Of a stretch of 64,000 bases of DNA, positions 25,075 to 38,000 are shown in pieces; position 1 is the first letter of the stretch; the number at the start of each line of letters is the position of its first letter. The stretch spans positions 3,720,001 through 3,784,000 of the forward strand of contig CP158636.1 of the NCBI GenBank assembly GCA_050273025.1, in the 5' to 3' direction. The DNA is from Cenococcum geophilum. Lineage: Eukaryota. The translations under genes were made by a program, and so were the position numbers. Below the pieces are notes generated by a model that searched no databases, was not told the DNA's origin, and saw only the letters and a list, made by a program, of their open reading frames with translations.

Positions 25075-28000
25075 TGTAATAAAGCCTTGTAGTAGAAGCT
25101 ACGGTAGACTTATTAATAGGCTAGGTATATAGGTATTACAAGTAAGTCAACAACGTAATATTAATTAGTGGAGTAGTTGCCCAACAGATTAACTCTAATT
25201 ATATTCTAAGAATTACTACAAGGAAAGAACTATCTAGGTAGGGACTAAGGGTCCTTAAATACACAACCGTACTCCTAAGAAAGTTATTGCTCTATCTACT
25301 CTGTTTACTCTATTTGCTTTATCGCAGATCTTATAGATTATATAGATTATACAGATCACATTATATAACTCTACTTACTATTCCTTGTTATATAGTTCTA
25401 CGGGTTCTATTTTAGACCGTACTTATATTAACCAACTAGCTTCTTCTAACTCCTCTCTAAGTAGTTATAATATTATACTTAAAGCGTCCGTAACACTATC
25501 TCCCTCCTCTTTATTTTCGTCCTTAAAGATACCTAGCATCTTTAAGTTGTTTACTAGAGGTATAATATCTATCTAATTAATTTAGTTAATATTGTTACTT
25601 ATAATACCTAAAGCACCTTTCTCTTCTTTAACTCTTCGTTATACGCGTACAGTCTCTTCTATACTATTGCTTAATAAAGTAATACTATCTCCATATTCTT
25701 GTTATGCGAAAGAGGGGTTAGTTTATATTATATTGGCGAATCCTTTGTCCTGGCAACCCTCCTCTTATTTAAAGTGCACTAGAGTAAACGTTTAATCGTC
25801 CTATAATATTCGCTCGGTTTCTAACGCTAAGTATACGCATTCTATAACTCTTAATAGTCTCTAAGTTCCCTAAGTAATTTATTATAGGGTCTCGTGTTTA
25901 ATTTACTACTATAAAGCTTAATAATAAACTGTCCGTTGCTTTAGTAGAGCTTTATTATTCGCGCAACGCTAAAAAAGAGGCTGCTAATGCTTAATAACGG
26001 GCTCTTAATTTTCGTCTTACTGCGTCTACTCGGCTAATTTGTCTTAAGAAAGTTCGTAAAAAGGTTTATTTTAAGGAGTAGAAGCTTATAGAACAAGGTT
26101 TACAGGAACTTGGTAATAAAAGAACGGATTCTCTTCTAATAGGGAAGGAAACAACTTTAAGTAGTTTAGCAGTCGCTCTTCCTAGGTCCCCCTTAGGCGG
26201 CTTATTTTTTGGCGATTCCTCTTTATTAATATTGCCTAACCTTTTCTCTTTCAATACTCCTATACCTTTCCTATAGCGTTCCTTAGATTCTCTAATAGCT
26301 CCTAGGTAGTCTCATTATAGCCTATCCACTTTACTTTATACTATATTTTATCGTCTACGTCCTTATAACTAACGATCTTTAAAACTTACTATTTATCTTC
26401 TTCTTATCCTCTATACGTGTCTGCCTTATAGGTTAGCGGCTTAACATTCCTATATACTGGCTCTAGCATTACAATATACTATATAGGGTAGATCTTTATT
26501 CTAGCTAGTAGGTTTAACTTAAACGTAACTAGTGAAATTTTCTATATAATTTTAAAAGGTCCTAGTCTAACGTAGTCCAACTTCTTACTTAGTTATCAAC
26601 TCTTGAAATTTTTGTATAGTAGCTATACTTTATCTCCCTCCTTAAGATCTGGTCCCTCAGATCTCTTAGCATTATAGTATCTTTTTATCCTTTACTGTAC
26701 CACCTTAGCTATTTCCGTAAGGTTTATATAAAGATTTATTAAAGTCTCTATTCTTTACTTAACTTTACTACTCGTTTTCTTTACTTAACGTGGCAATAAT
26801 AATATTCTTAGCTTATATCCATAATTCGCCTTAAATAGTAACGTACCCATTCCTTCTTGTGGTGTTATATTATATATAAACTATATAACTGGTAATAGCG
26901 ATACCTAATTATTCTATACATAATTAATATAATGCCTTAGATACTGTTCTAGTATCTAGTTTAATCTTTCCGTTTATCCATCCATCTGCGGATAATATAC
27001 GGTAGAAGTTGCTGCTTAAACCCCTTACTCTGCTAAAAACACTTCCCAAAATACTATTACGAATCTTAGATCTCTATCTAATATAATCTTACTTAGTGCT
27101 CTATATTTTATAAACACTTCCTTAATATAGATTTTAGCAATATCTTCCGCTAATATTTCTTCTATATAGGCTATAAAGTATCCCCACTTTATAAGCTTAT
27201 CTACTATTACTAAGATCGCGTTATAATCTTGTTCGGTAATAGGATCTCTTAACTTTAGTAATTTAATAATAAAGTCCTATAATATAACCTCCCATAGTCT
27301 TTCTAGTATCTTAATAGGTTATAGCCCTCCATACGGCTTATGCCTTATTAGTTTATTCCTTTAGCAATCTAGACACTTTTTAATAACTTTTTTTTTAGCT
27401 ATCCTTTAGATTCTATTAATAATATACTCCTCCTAGAGTCTTAACACTAAGCCTATAGCTCTATTATGTCCTTATATTAGTCCCTTATAAAAGTCTTCTA
27501 TAAACTATTCCGCTATGCTTCTTAGGATATACTTTACTTCTTAATTTTCGTATATATCTAACTATAGATCTTCTAGCTGTGCTTTTAGAATCCTTTATAC
27601 CTAAAAGCTTTTTAGTATCTCGTAGACCTTTTTTAACTCACTTTCTTAAGTTACTGCGATTTTTGGATAATTGTACCTAATCAGTCCATCTATGTCTTTT
27701 CGCAGTAAAGCCCCTAATAGCTTATCGTCATTTTATAGTTTAGCTTTTTAACTTAACGCGTTGGCTCGCGTGTTGTCTATACCCTTAGTATACTAAATTT
27801 TAAAATAGTATTCTGCAAGCATCTCTACCTATCTAACCTATCTTTGGTTAAGTTCCTTTATTATTAGGAATCCTATTAGGTTCTTATAATCCATTTTAAC
27901 TATAAATAGTTTTTCCATGCCTTGCAAGAATACTCTTTATTTCTTTAATACTACAACTATACCCAATAACTCCTTATTATAGATATCATAGTTTAATTCC

Positions 28001-31000
28001 AGTGGTGTTATCTTCCAACTATAATATACTACTAGATGCCATCTATCTGGATGCCTTTATATAAAATATACTCCTAGTATAAAGTCTAATATATCTATTT
28101 CTACAACCGTCTTTAGTCCTAGTTAATAGATCTTAAGAACTGGCTCCTAGGTAAACAACTCTTTAACTTTCTTAAAGAGTTCTCGCTGTTCCTCTCCCTA
28201 TATCTATAGTTCTTCTTTCTTTATTAACCGCGTAAATAGTTTAATATCCTTTAACTATTACGCTATAAACCTTCTACAGTAATTGCAAAACCCTAGAAAC
28301 GATCTTAACTGCGTAATATTCTCTAGTTCTTGCCAATTTACTATAGCCTTGATCTTCTTTAGATCTATACTAAGTTAGCCTAGTTTAATAATAAATTTAA
28401 CAAAATCGGTCTTCCTAGTAAAGAACTCGTATTTCTTAATTACTACTAACATCTATTCTTCCTATAGTCTCCTTAAAACCCATTTAACGTATTCTTTATA
28501 TTCTTCCTTATTTATTAAGTAGATAATAATATTATTAAGGTATACTATAACAAATTCATCCAAATATTCTCCTAACATATTATTAATACGCTTTTAGAAC
28601 GTTACTAGTACGTTTATAAGTCCGAATTGCATAACTAATGGTTTATACAGTCCTTCCTTTAACCTAAAGGCTGCCTTCTATTCGTCGCCTTCCTTAATCC
28701 TGATCTAATAGTACGCCCATCTTAGATCTATTTTTATAAAGATTTGCGCATTACCTATCCTATCTTAGATTTCGCTAATTAAGGGTAAAGGATACCTATC
28801 CTTTCTAGTAATGCTATTTAATTATCTATAGTTAATGCACAGCCTTAGTTTGCTATTCTTTTTTAGTATAAACAGTACTGGATAACCTGCTAATAATTGT
28901 AATAGTCTAATATATCCCTTTCGTAAGTTCTCTTAGATAAACTCTTTTAATACTCTACCTTCTTCTTCGGTAAGCTTATAGATTAGAAAGAACCTTAGGT
29001 TTATTCCTGGTTCTAATTCTATTTTATAGTCCTATACTATATACTCTAACAGCTTTTCACTCTTAGGTGACCATAGTTTTTTACCATACTTATAGTATCT
29101 TCTTAGTATATAGCTTAGCCCTTTTTCTATTTCTTTATAGGTCGCCCCTACTTAGTACCATACCATTTTAGCTTATTATTATATTTTATAGCGTTATATA
29201 TCTCTAATATTGACCTAACCTATAACCCAATTAATTTTTGGATTATATTCCTATAACCAAGGCATTCCTAATACTGCCTTATTATTCCCTAATAGTAATA
29301 TGTTAAAAGACATCTTAACTTATCTTCTTTTAATGGTTAGCTGAATAGGTCCTATTTTAAAATTAATAATACCTCCTCTATAGGCTATTAGATCTCCTAA
29401 AATTGTTACTAATAGGTAAGGACATTCCTTCTGTCTATATAGTAACCCCATTCTTTTAACTACTATTAGCAAGATATAGTTCCTTATTACTCCACTATCT
29501 ATTAATACCTTAAACTATTAATCTTACCATTTAACTCGTAAATTTAGGTGTCGTCCTTAAATTCCTTTAAGGGTCTAAGGCTCTACCACTAGCTCCCTCT
29601 AGTTCTATAGGCCTCTACTTTTCCCAACTACTAGCTACTAGATCCTGCTTATACTTGGTCCAACTTAGGCCAATACTTAGTTCGTTTTTTATCTTTAATA
29701 TGCCATAAACAGGTGTTCTCTAAACATTCCCACCATTATTATCCATCTAGGCATTCTTCCATAAGGAATCTTCCTAGTTAAAGTATTAAGTCCCCTTATT
29801 CTTAAACTTCTACTAGGTGCCAACTATATATATACTTAGCATTTCGATACTTTACCTTATCTATTATCTAATATATCCTTATTAGATACTTCTAATTCTT
29901 ATCCTTTAGTGCTCTATATATATTACACATATTATCTACGCATACTATCTACGATAGTATGTAATATGCTTAATATCTTAGGTCAACTCTCAGCTCGTCT
30001 TTATCCTTAAGTTTAAACCTTTCTTATATTAATCTAAGCGTTATAACCTCGTTCGTAGGTACTAAGATTTGTCTTTCGCTTCTCTAGTCCTCTAATTGCT
30101 CCTCTAGATCCTTTAATATTATAATTAAGGCCCCCTTAATATAAGTTATAGCCTTCTCTATAATCGGGTGGTCTTAGACAACTTTTTCGTCCAACTATAT
30201 ATAAAAATCTTCCTACTTATCATTGTATCGTTGCCTATACCACTTTTAATACAGCTATTTAAGTGTATATAGTTTATCCGTAAGGAAATATCTCTTCATT
30301 ACTACGTCATAACAGCCTTTAGTGTGTCGTTCTTTAAACCTAGTAGGAATCCCTAGGTCCTCCTCTTATTCCAGTTCAGTAAGCTACTTAGCTCTTAGTA
30401 TGCCTACTCTAGGCCTATTAGTAATTCTTCATACTAGCGCTCTGTCCCTTATACGTCCTAATATACTACATCTCTTATCTAGTTTCTATTCTTGCCATAA
30501 GGTAATTCTTGCCCTAAATTCCTCTATAGTTTCTTTTACATCGCGTCTTACAAGTAGATTTTTAAAGTCTTTGTGCTTTTTAATCTTAGTATCAACTTTT
30601 CGATCTTCAGGCTAAACGCTGTATTCCCCTAGTAAATCTTCTAGGTCTATATATCTATCTCCTAGTCTAATCGCTATTTGCGCTGCAGATTCTCTAGTCT
30701 ATAAAGAAGCCTCTTACCTCTTACTTATAGGTGTCCTAATTCGCGCTCCGAATTCTTAACCCTTTAGATTTCTTAATCCTAAGCTTACTTCTAACTTAAG
30801 CTTAGCTCCTACCTTAGTCCAACTAGGCTTTACTAGTGTCCTTATCTCGTCTCAAGAGTCCTAGATCTCACTCATCTCGTCTTAAAAGTCTTATACTGTT
30901 AGGAATTCTTATCCCAAGCTCATTTATATGTCTTTAAACTAAGCTACTACTCTGCTCTATCGGTTTCCGTCTATTATGGGTCTTTAAGCTTACCTCATCT

Positions 31001-33115
31001 CGTCTTAAGAATCTTAGTTGTCTCTTATCTTGTCTTAAGAATCTTAAGCCTTTAGCCTTTTGCCTTTATTAAGTAGTGAGCTAGCACTAGCAGTTATCTA
31101 CTTACTTAATCGTCTCTAGATATTACTCCTTCCGTCTTATAAAGCAATAGATGCCGTATCTAATAGTGTTATAATACCCATTACTAAACCTTGCTTTATA
31201 GCGGTCGCAGTCTCTACTTCTATTACGTTATTAAGGTTTAGATACCCCTAGTTAGTTCCTTTACTATCCTTATCGCTATTAATTAATAAGTACTCTAACT
31301 CCATTATTATTATTACTAATCTTTATCTGCACGTTACTGTAATATCTTAATCTAGCTTATAAAGTTAATCTTATTCTTTATCTAACTCTTTAATTCCTCT
31401 AAGTCCTTTTAACTCTAGCTCTTATAGCCAATAGCTTACGCCGTACTTAGCGTCTTTATAAATTTGGCATGCGTTATTATAACAAAACGCAAAACTTTTA
31501 ATTAAACACTCTTTTGTTCCTTATAGTATACTATTATCCCTTTATACGTGTGTGTTATATACTACTAGTCTAGTTCCCTTTACTGCGTAATAACTCTAAC
31601 CACTTCTACAGTCTCTGGCGAAATAACCCTGTTTTCCGCAATTTATATAAGCTCCATCTTTAAACCATTATTTTTGCTATAGAGTTTACTTAAACGTCTT
31701 CTATTGCTAAGATCCTTAGTTTAGCCTATGCTCCTTAGTCCTATAATCGCTTAATCCTTAACCCCTAGGTTTCTATAGTTTCTTACTCCCTCTCTTATAG
31801 CCCTCTTTAGTACCACTTAGGTCTATTAGCTCTACGCCATACCATAGTTTCTAATTTGGCTTTAGTTGTTACGTGTTCTATATCTTATACAACTATAGAA
31901 CTCTATCCTAGCCTCTCTTAGCCTATTCCCTTTAGAAGATCCTATTATTAATCTTAATTGCTTGATCTATTAATTCCCTTAGGGTGTCCGCATCTTCCAT
32001 TAGAATAATTACGTCCTAGACTTTAGCCTTAAGTCCCTATTTATACTATGCCATAAGCGCCTTATTATTCTACTTAAGTTATATAGCTAGCGTTTAGAAT
32101 TATATTATATACTTAATTGCTAAAGTTCGTTACATTAGGTCCTAAAGCTTTTTTTCCGCTATAGTTATTGCTTCCGGGTCCCTAAACATTTATATAAGTC
32201 GCTCTATAAATCCGTTCCAGCTTAAAAATATAAACCGTACTTCTTAGTTTATTATTATTATTCCGTTTGCTTATATCTCTATAAGGTAAGGCTTAAACCA
32301 CTTAAGTACTCTTCCTAATAAGAATAATCCTGCATATGCTACTTAATCCATAGTTATTGCCAGCTTTACTCCTTCCTGCGCAACCTTAAAGTGTATTTAC
32401 GTAAGAAATCCTTTAAGCTTTAATCTTTCTCCTAAGAATCTTTCGATCAATAGTAACTTAACCTTTACTACTCCTATCCCATTAATCCTATTTTTAAGTG
32501 CCGTATTATCTCCCGTTAACTAATTAACTATCATTTATAACTGTCCTATTGTTATAGGTTATTGTAAGTTAATGTCTACTATACTAGTGTCGTTACCTAA
32601 TCCTGACGTAGTTGCCGCCGTTAATGGCGTTATAGTGACTGCTTTTAGTGGCATGTTGTTCGACTTATTAAAACCGTAACTATAGTAGTGATTATGTAAT
32701 AAAGCCTTATAGTAGAAGCTACGGTAGACTTGTTAATGGGCTAGGTATATAGGTATTATAAGTAGGTCAACAACATAATATTAATTAGTGGAGTAGTTGC
32801 CTAACAGATTAACTCTAATTATATTCTAAGAATTACTATAAGGAAAGAACTATCTAGGTAGGGACTAAGGGTCCTTAAATACACAACCGTACTCCTAAGA
32901 AAGTCGTTGCTCTGTCTGCTCTGTCTGCTCTATTCGCTCTATTACAGATCTTATAGATCACACAGATTATACAGATTACATCACGTGACTCTGCTTACCA
33001 TTCCTCGTCACATGGTTCTACGGGTTCCATCCTAGACCGTGCTTGTATTAACCAACTAGCTTCTTCCAACTTCTCTCCAAGTAGTCGTAATATTGTACTT
33101 AAAGCGTCCGTAACA
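25075..33115 (-). mobile_element. Full-length RIP-degraded Ty3/Gypsy chromovirus copy 2 (8041 bp)
   Basis: 421-bp LTRs at 25075-25495 and 32695-33115; TSD AATAG at 25070-25074 and 33116-33120; gag ATG ~32654, CCHC knuckle ~31610-31655, protease LIDSG ~29500, RT YLDD ~28535, RNase H, integrase, chromodomain ~26280-26400. Confidence 0.95.
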
Positions 33116-33120
33116 AATAG

Positions 33121-35009
33121 GCTATTAATTTATGGATTAGAAGTAGAGATATGTTCTAAGTACACGTTATAAGGGGTTATACTAGAATTAATATACCTAG
33201 GGCTAAGTAGATTAGCGCTATTAAGAACAACTAGAGCGTTTAAAGTGCTATACTCCTGCTTTCTAATCTCTATATATCCTAAGCTTAAAGTAGTATTAGT
33301 TAAGTCCTTTAGTTTTACGCCGCAAAATAAGGCTTTAGTAGTTAAATGGTCCTTTATATCTCTTACATATATAAGACAATCTATACCCTAGTTAGACGTA
33401 ATAATCTTAGCCGTTAGTTATTAATATGTACGCGAAGTTAAAGTTATATTAAAATCTTTTTAATTTAAAGTAAGCGTTTTATCTTTATTAGGGGTTATAA
33501 GGTTTACTATATTAATTATATTATACTTAGACATTATACTACTCTAGGTGGCCACTTAAGGGAGAAGTCTAGGGTATTATCTTAAGTATTTTACTGCACA
33601 TAGATGGCGGCGGGGTACTAGTACTAGGAAAGCTTCTATTCTTAGTTTAGCTACTACTTATATAACTGCCGAAATCTAATATTAAACGGCTTAAGGGTGT
33701 TATAGATTTGTTAGATAGGCATTAGCTAATGCTTTTTATTGTCTTATTAATAAAACCGTATCCTACTTTAGCTGGAGCTTTATTACCTATACTTAATTTC
33801 TTCTTATAGCTGGACCTCTGCTCTTAACTTTAGCTAGCTATATTTCTACCTTATAGTCTTCTTTTAATATTTTTAGTGATTTTAGTTTCTTAAGGTAATA
33901 AATATCCTAGAGATGGAATTTTAGCTTCCTAATTAAATTAAATATCGCCCTGTATTATAAACCTAGGTAAGGGTAATTTAGCGATTTACTTTTATCTAGG
34001 GTTTCTATATACCTATAAATATGCTCTTTCTATATAGCCCGTTTTAGGAATTAATGCATCCATACTATAGCTGGCGTAGTACTACTAAGGCAGAAAAAAT
34101 AGTAGCTAGTAGTAGCGAGCACCCTATTGTATATAAGAGGGTTATATTAAATAGGAAGTGTCTTATAGTCGTCTAGATGCGCTTAGCAGTGGCCGCTCTA
34201 TTATACCTCCCTAAAAATCTACTGGTTATATTAGAAGCATAGCTTAAAAAAGCCATTATAACTCTTTTTATAGCAGTTATATATATACCTCTAATTATAA
34301 GTAGTCTTTATCTTTATATTACTAAGCGGAGATTAAGCTGTCTTCCGCTGGCCTGCTAAGTTAAAGCAACAGTACTTCTTTAGCTTTAAGCCCGGTTAAA
34401 ACTCTATTATAGTATTCTTTTAATATAGCGCAACTATATTATGGAGAGCGCTAAGGCCTATAGAGCTCTATAACCTTAAAAAGGACAGATATAAGGCGGT
34501 CCCATTTAAGTATAAAAAATTTAATTTGGTTAAATATAGTCCGGTAATAGTATGGTAAGGTATTATCCTTATTGTTAATATCCGGTTTATATGGCTGCAC
34601 CTTCTACCACTTATAGAGTTCTTTAGTAGTTAGCTTGCGTTTTTACGTATAAAGCTCCTTTTAACGGGTTATAGAGTTTATGTCCTTCTTCCCTTTTAGA
34701 GCGGTAATTTCCTCCTCTATATTAATATATTTCGAGCTATTCTTAAATTTATATTACTTCTCTGCTAAGAGAGATTGCTATAGTTTTAGGTTATAAGGGA
34801 GAGATAAACTGCGGAAGAGGTTATTTATAATACTACGTAGCTTAGTGCCGAAGTAGCTTGCCTAGCCATTTATGCCACTATTATTAGGTATATAGTAATT
34901 ATTAAATGTGTTTAAAGATCTCTACCTAGTATGCTTTATTCCTTAAGTGGCTAAATATAGCTTATTTTTACTAGAAATTAATTAGTAAGTAGCCTAAAGA
35001 TGGAAGGAA
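33121..35009 (-). pseudogene. DUF3435 recombinase, middle part (catalytic His/Tyr region, zinc fingers, Ser/Thr-rich linker)
   Basis: With RIP reverted: KLYSATQ.MKHAGQR..NTFNNYYMPNNSG.DGQASYFG..LRSIVNDLFRSL...NPKLWQSLPAEKQ (~34960-34760); C..W......W..HC..HL (~34230-34170); CPHP...C...F.....LKFHLQDIH (~33975-33898). Confidence 0.85.
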
Positions 35010-35023
35010 CGACTATATATATA

Positions 35024-38000
35024 ATAATAATAATAAATCTAACCTACCGCCCGTCCCGGTCCCCCTAGTGGGTCCACGCAGGCCAATACCTTCTATAGGA
35101 AAAACTCTAGTTTAGAGAAAAACCCGATCGCGGGCCACGCTGGAGAGATAACAGCGTCCCGATATCGGAGCGCCAGCGGCTCGCCTTTTTCCTGTCTATA
35201 AGTCTGCATATTAAGCTTACTGGCCGCGCTTCGCGGACAATCTTACTCTACCCCTTCTTCCCTTATCCTTTTGCCATTATTTCTTTTACTAGTCCTTTTA
35301 CCAGTCCTCCAATCTTTGGAAGGGCTAGTATCCACTTATATCCTCTATATCTATTGCCTTTATAGCTTAGAACTGGGTTAAGGCACCTAATTATATTAGC
35401 TATTTTGCAGCTACTTAGGCGCTTTTTTTGTTGTTTAAGACTTCTTAAAGGCGTTTAGAAGCGCATTCTTCTATAAAGTCCGCTCTTTAGTAGCGTGGGT
35501 ATTAGAATAGTATATAGTAAACTATTTACCTTATCTAGCTATATTTGCACTATAGGAGAATCTCTAGTACTCCAATAGATGCAAGCTATACATTAAGCCC
35601 TATTACCTCTATATAGAGAAGAAATAGTGCTATAGCCTCTGCCTTTGTTAAGTCTTTATATAATAGGATTATAGGTTTCCCCTATGGGGTCCTCTACATT
35701 GTTTCTATACGGTCTTTAGCCTTTATCTGCCACCGTTGGCGCTATTCTAAGTCTGCCTATTTCGCGATAAGGGTAGTTGCCCGCTAGTGGTGCTGGTAAC
35801 CTCCTATATAATGGTGGCGCTCCGTCTACGCTTTGCTGGCGTTCCACTAGCTACACCTAGGGGGGTTTATTATAGCTTCCTACTTTACGAAATCCTTCTA
35901 GTATATAAGAAAGCCCTATATTTTATTCTTATAGTCCTTTATACGGTCTCTAAGCGCTTCTAATAGTACTATTAGCTGTCTTGCATTTCGCTAGCGTTTT
36001 ATTAATATTTTCTAAATACCGTTAAGTGCCTCTGCTGATTCCTTTTCTACCTTATTAGGAGCTGTCTTGGCGGCTCTTTAAAGGGCTATTATTTTAATGT
36101 GGAGCTAGATTAGGGGAATAGCCGCTTCCTTCTTTATTGCGGCTATTAGTGTTCGCTAGTATACCCCTATAATCCTGCGGAGACACTTATTCTAGACTTT
36201 CTATAGCGGTTCAAGCAGGCTTTTCGCTGGCGTTCCGCCGTTGTCCCGTACTCCCCATACTTAAGCGCTATATAGTATCGCTAGTTGGACGGTGGCTATA
36301 TATAGAAGTCGCGAGCGGCGCATTAATGGGCCCTACGTGGATATGGTAATCCTTAATATTACTTTAAGGGCTACTAAGCCCTTGCTTGCCGCCTTTTTAA
36401 CCTATTCTTTCTACTGGAGCTTAGGGTCTACCTAAATCCCTAGGACTCGCATACTAGTTTTCTGGGGAGCTATTTCGTAGCTGGCGATACGTATAGTGGA
36501 CGCAAAGTCTACGGTAGCGTGGCGCCGTCGCCTTATAAAATATATAAGTTGGTACTTCTTAGGGGCGAACGTTGCGCCGTGTTGGTTTGCCTATGTAGTA
36601 TAGCATTTATATACAGCCTCTAATTATTAACAGTTTTCTGCTACGGAGTCCCCCTAGGTAATAAGGTTTGTGTCGTCTATAAAGCTAAACCCTAATGTGC
36701 CGCTATTAGGGCTTTGGAATTCCTCTAGGAGCTCTAATATAAAGAAAAAAAAATAGAATTGGCGATAGGGGAGACCCCTAGGGGATGCCTATCTGCGTTT
36801 AAATCCAGTTACTCTTATATCTTGTGAATTTAATATAGGTCTTACGTGCTATTAGGAAACCTCGTATAAAGTTAATAAGCTACTTTAGGAAGCCTTTTCT
36901 TTCTAGAATGTAAAGGAGCCTTCTATAGGAGACGTTATTAAATGCCCCTACTAGGTCTAGGCTTAGTATTAACACTATACACCCACGGCGTGTTTGCCAC
37001 GCCGTCTATATGTAGGAGCTAAGTAGTCCTACTACTAATAGTGTAGATCGCTTATGCCTTGCTCCTATCTGGTTCTAAGGGAGTAGCCTATACTCCTCCG
37101 TAGCCTTAGATATAATATTGGCTACGTGTTTTTTTAGGACTTTTGCTAGCGTATTTTTAAAAGTAATTAGTCTATAGCTGCCTAGGAGAGAGTAGTTTTT
37201 CTTTCCCTCTTTATATAACACCATAGTTATAGATTCTTTAAGGCTTTTTAGTATTATTCCGTTGGCAAAGCAATAACTAGCTACTTCTGCTAAGTCTTTT
37301 ATAATAACTAGGCCAGCCACTTTAAGGACCTTATTTAGTATGCTATCTAGCCCTAGGGCTTTTCTATTTAGAAGGCTTCTAATAAGCTTATTAATTTCTT
37401 CTGTTGAGATAGTAGAACTAATATTAAGTATATTTTGTTCCCTTATTATCTCTATATTACTAAGGTCTGCTATTTTAGTTTTAGGAAAGAACTTAGCTGT
37501 AAGGATATTAACCTTTATAGTATTATTATTTATTAGGGGGTCCTTAGTAAACCTCCTAAGGTCTAGTAGATAGGGGTCTGCCTTTACTATACTTACTTTT
37601 TTGCTCCACTTTAATAGAATCCAAAGTCCCTTATTATATAGTTTTAACTAGTCTATAGTAAGTTTATAGATAAAGCGTCTCTAATTATTATAACTAACTC
37701 TCCTAGTTTCTTTTTGCAGTTAATTGTTTAAGGCTAGGTATCTTTAGTAATCCTAGGGGTTGTTATAAGCTTAGAGCCGTCGTTGTGCCTAGTGGGCGCT
37801 AGTATATAGCTATATAGCCTATGGCGACCATTCCCGGCGGGCCTATTGGCTAGGCTATACTTATAGGCAGTATTCTTTAAGTGCTTACTTAATCCCTTCC
37901 TAAAGGGTATAGAGAGGATCTTTGGATATAGCCTAGTTAAGCTTCTAGATACTTTAGAGGAAGTTTTATAAGTTTAGCTTCCTAAGGGCAAGGCGCTAGC

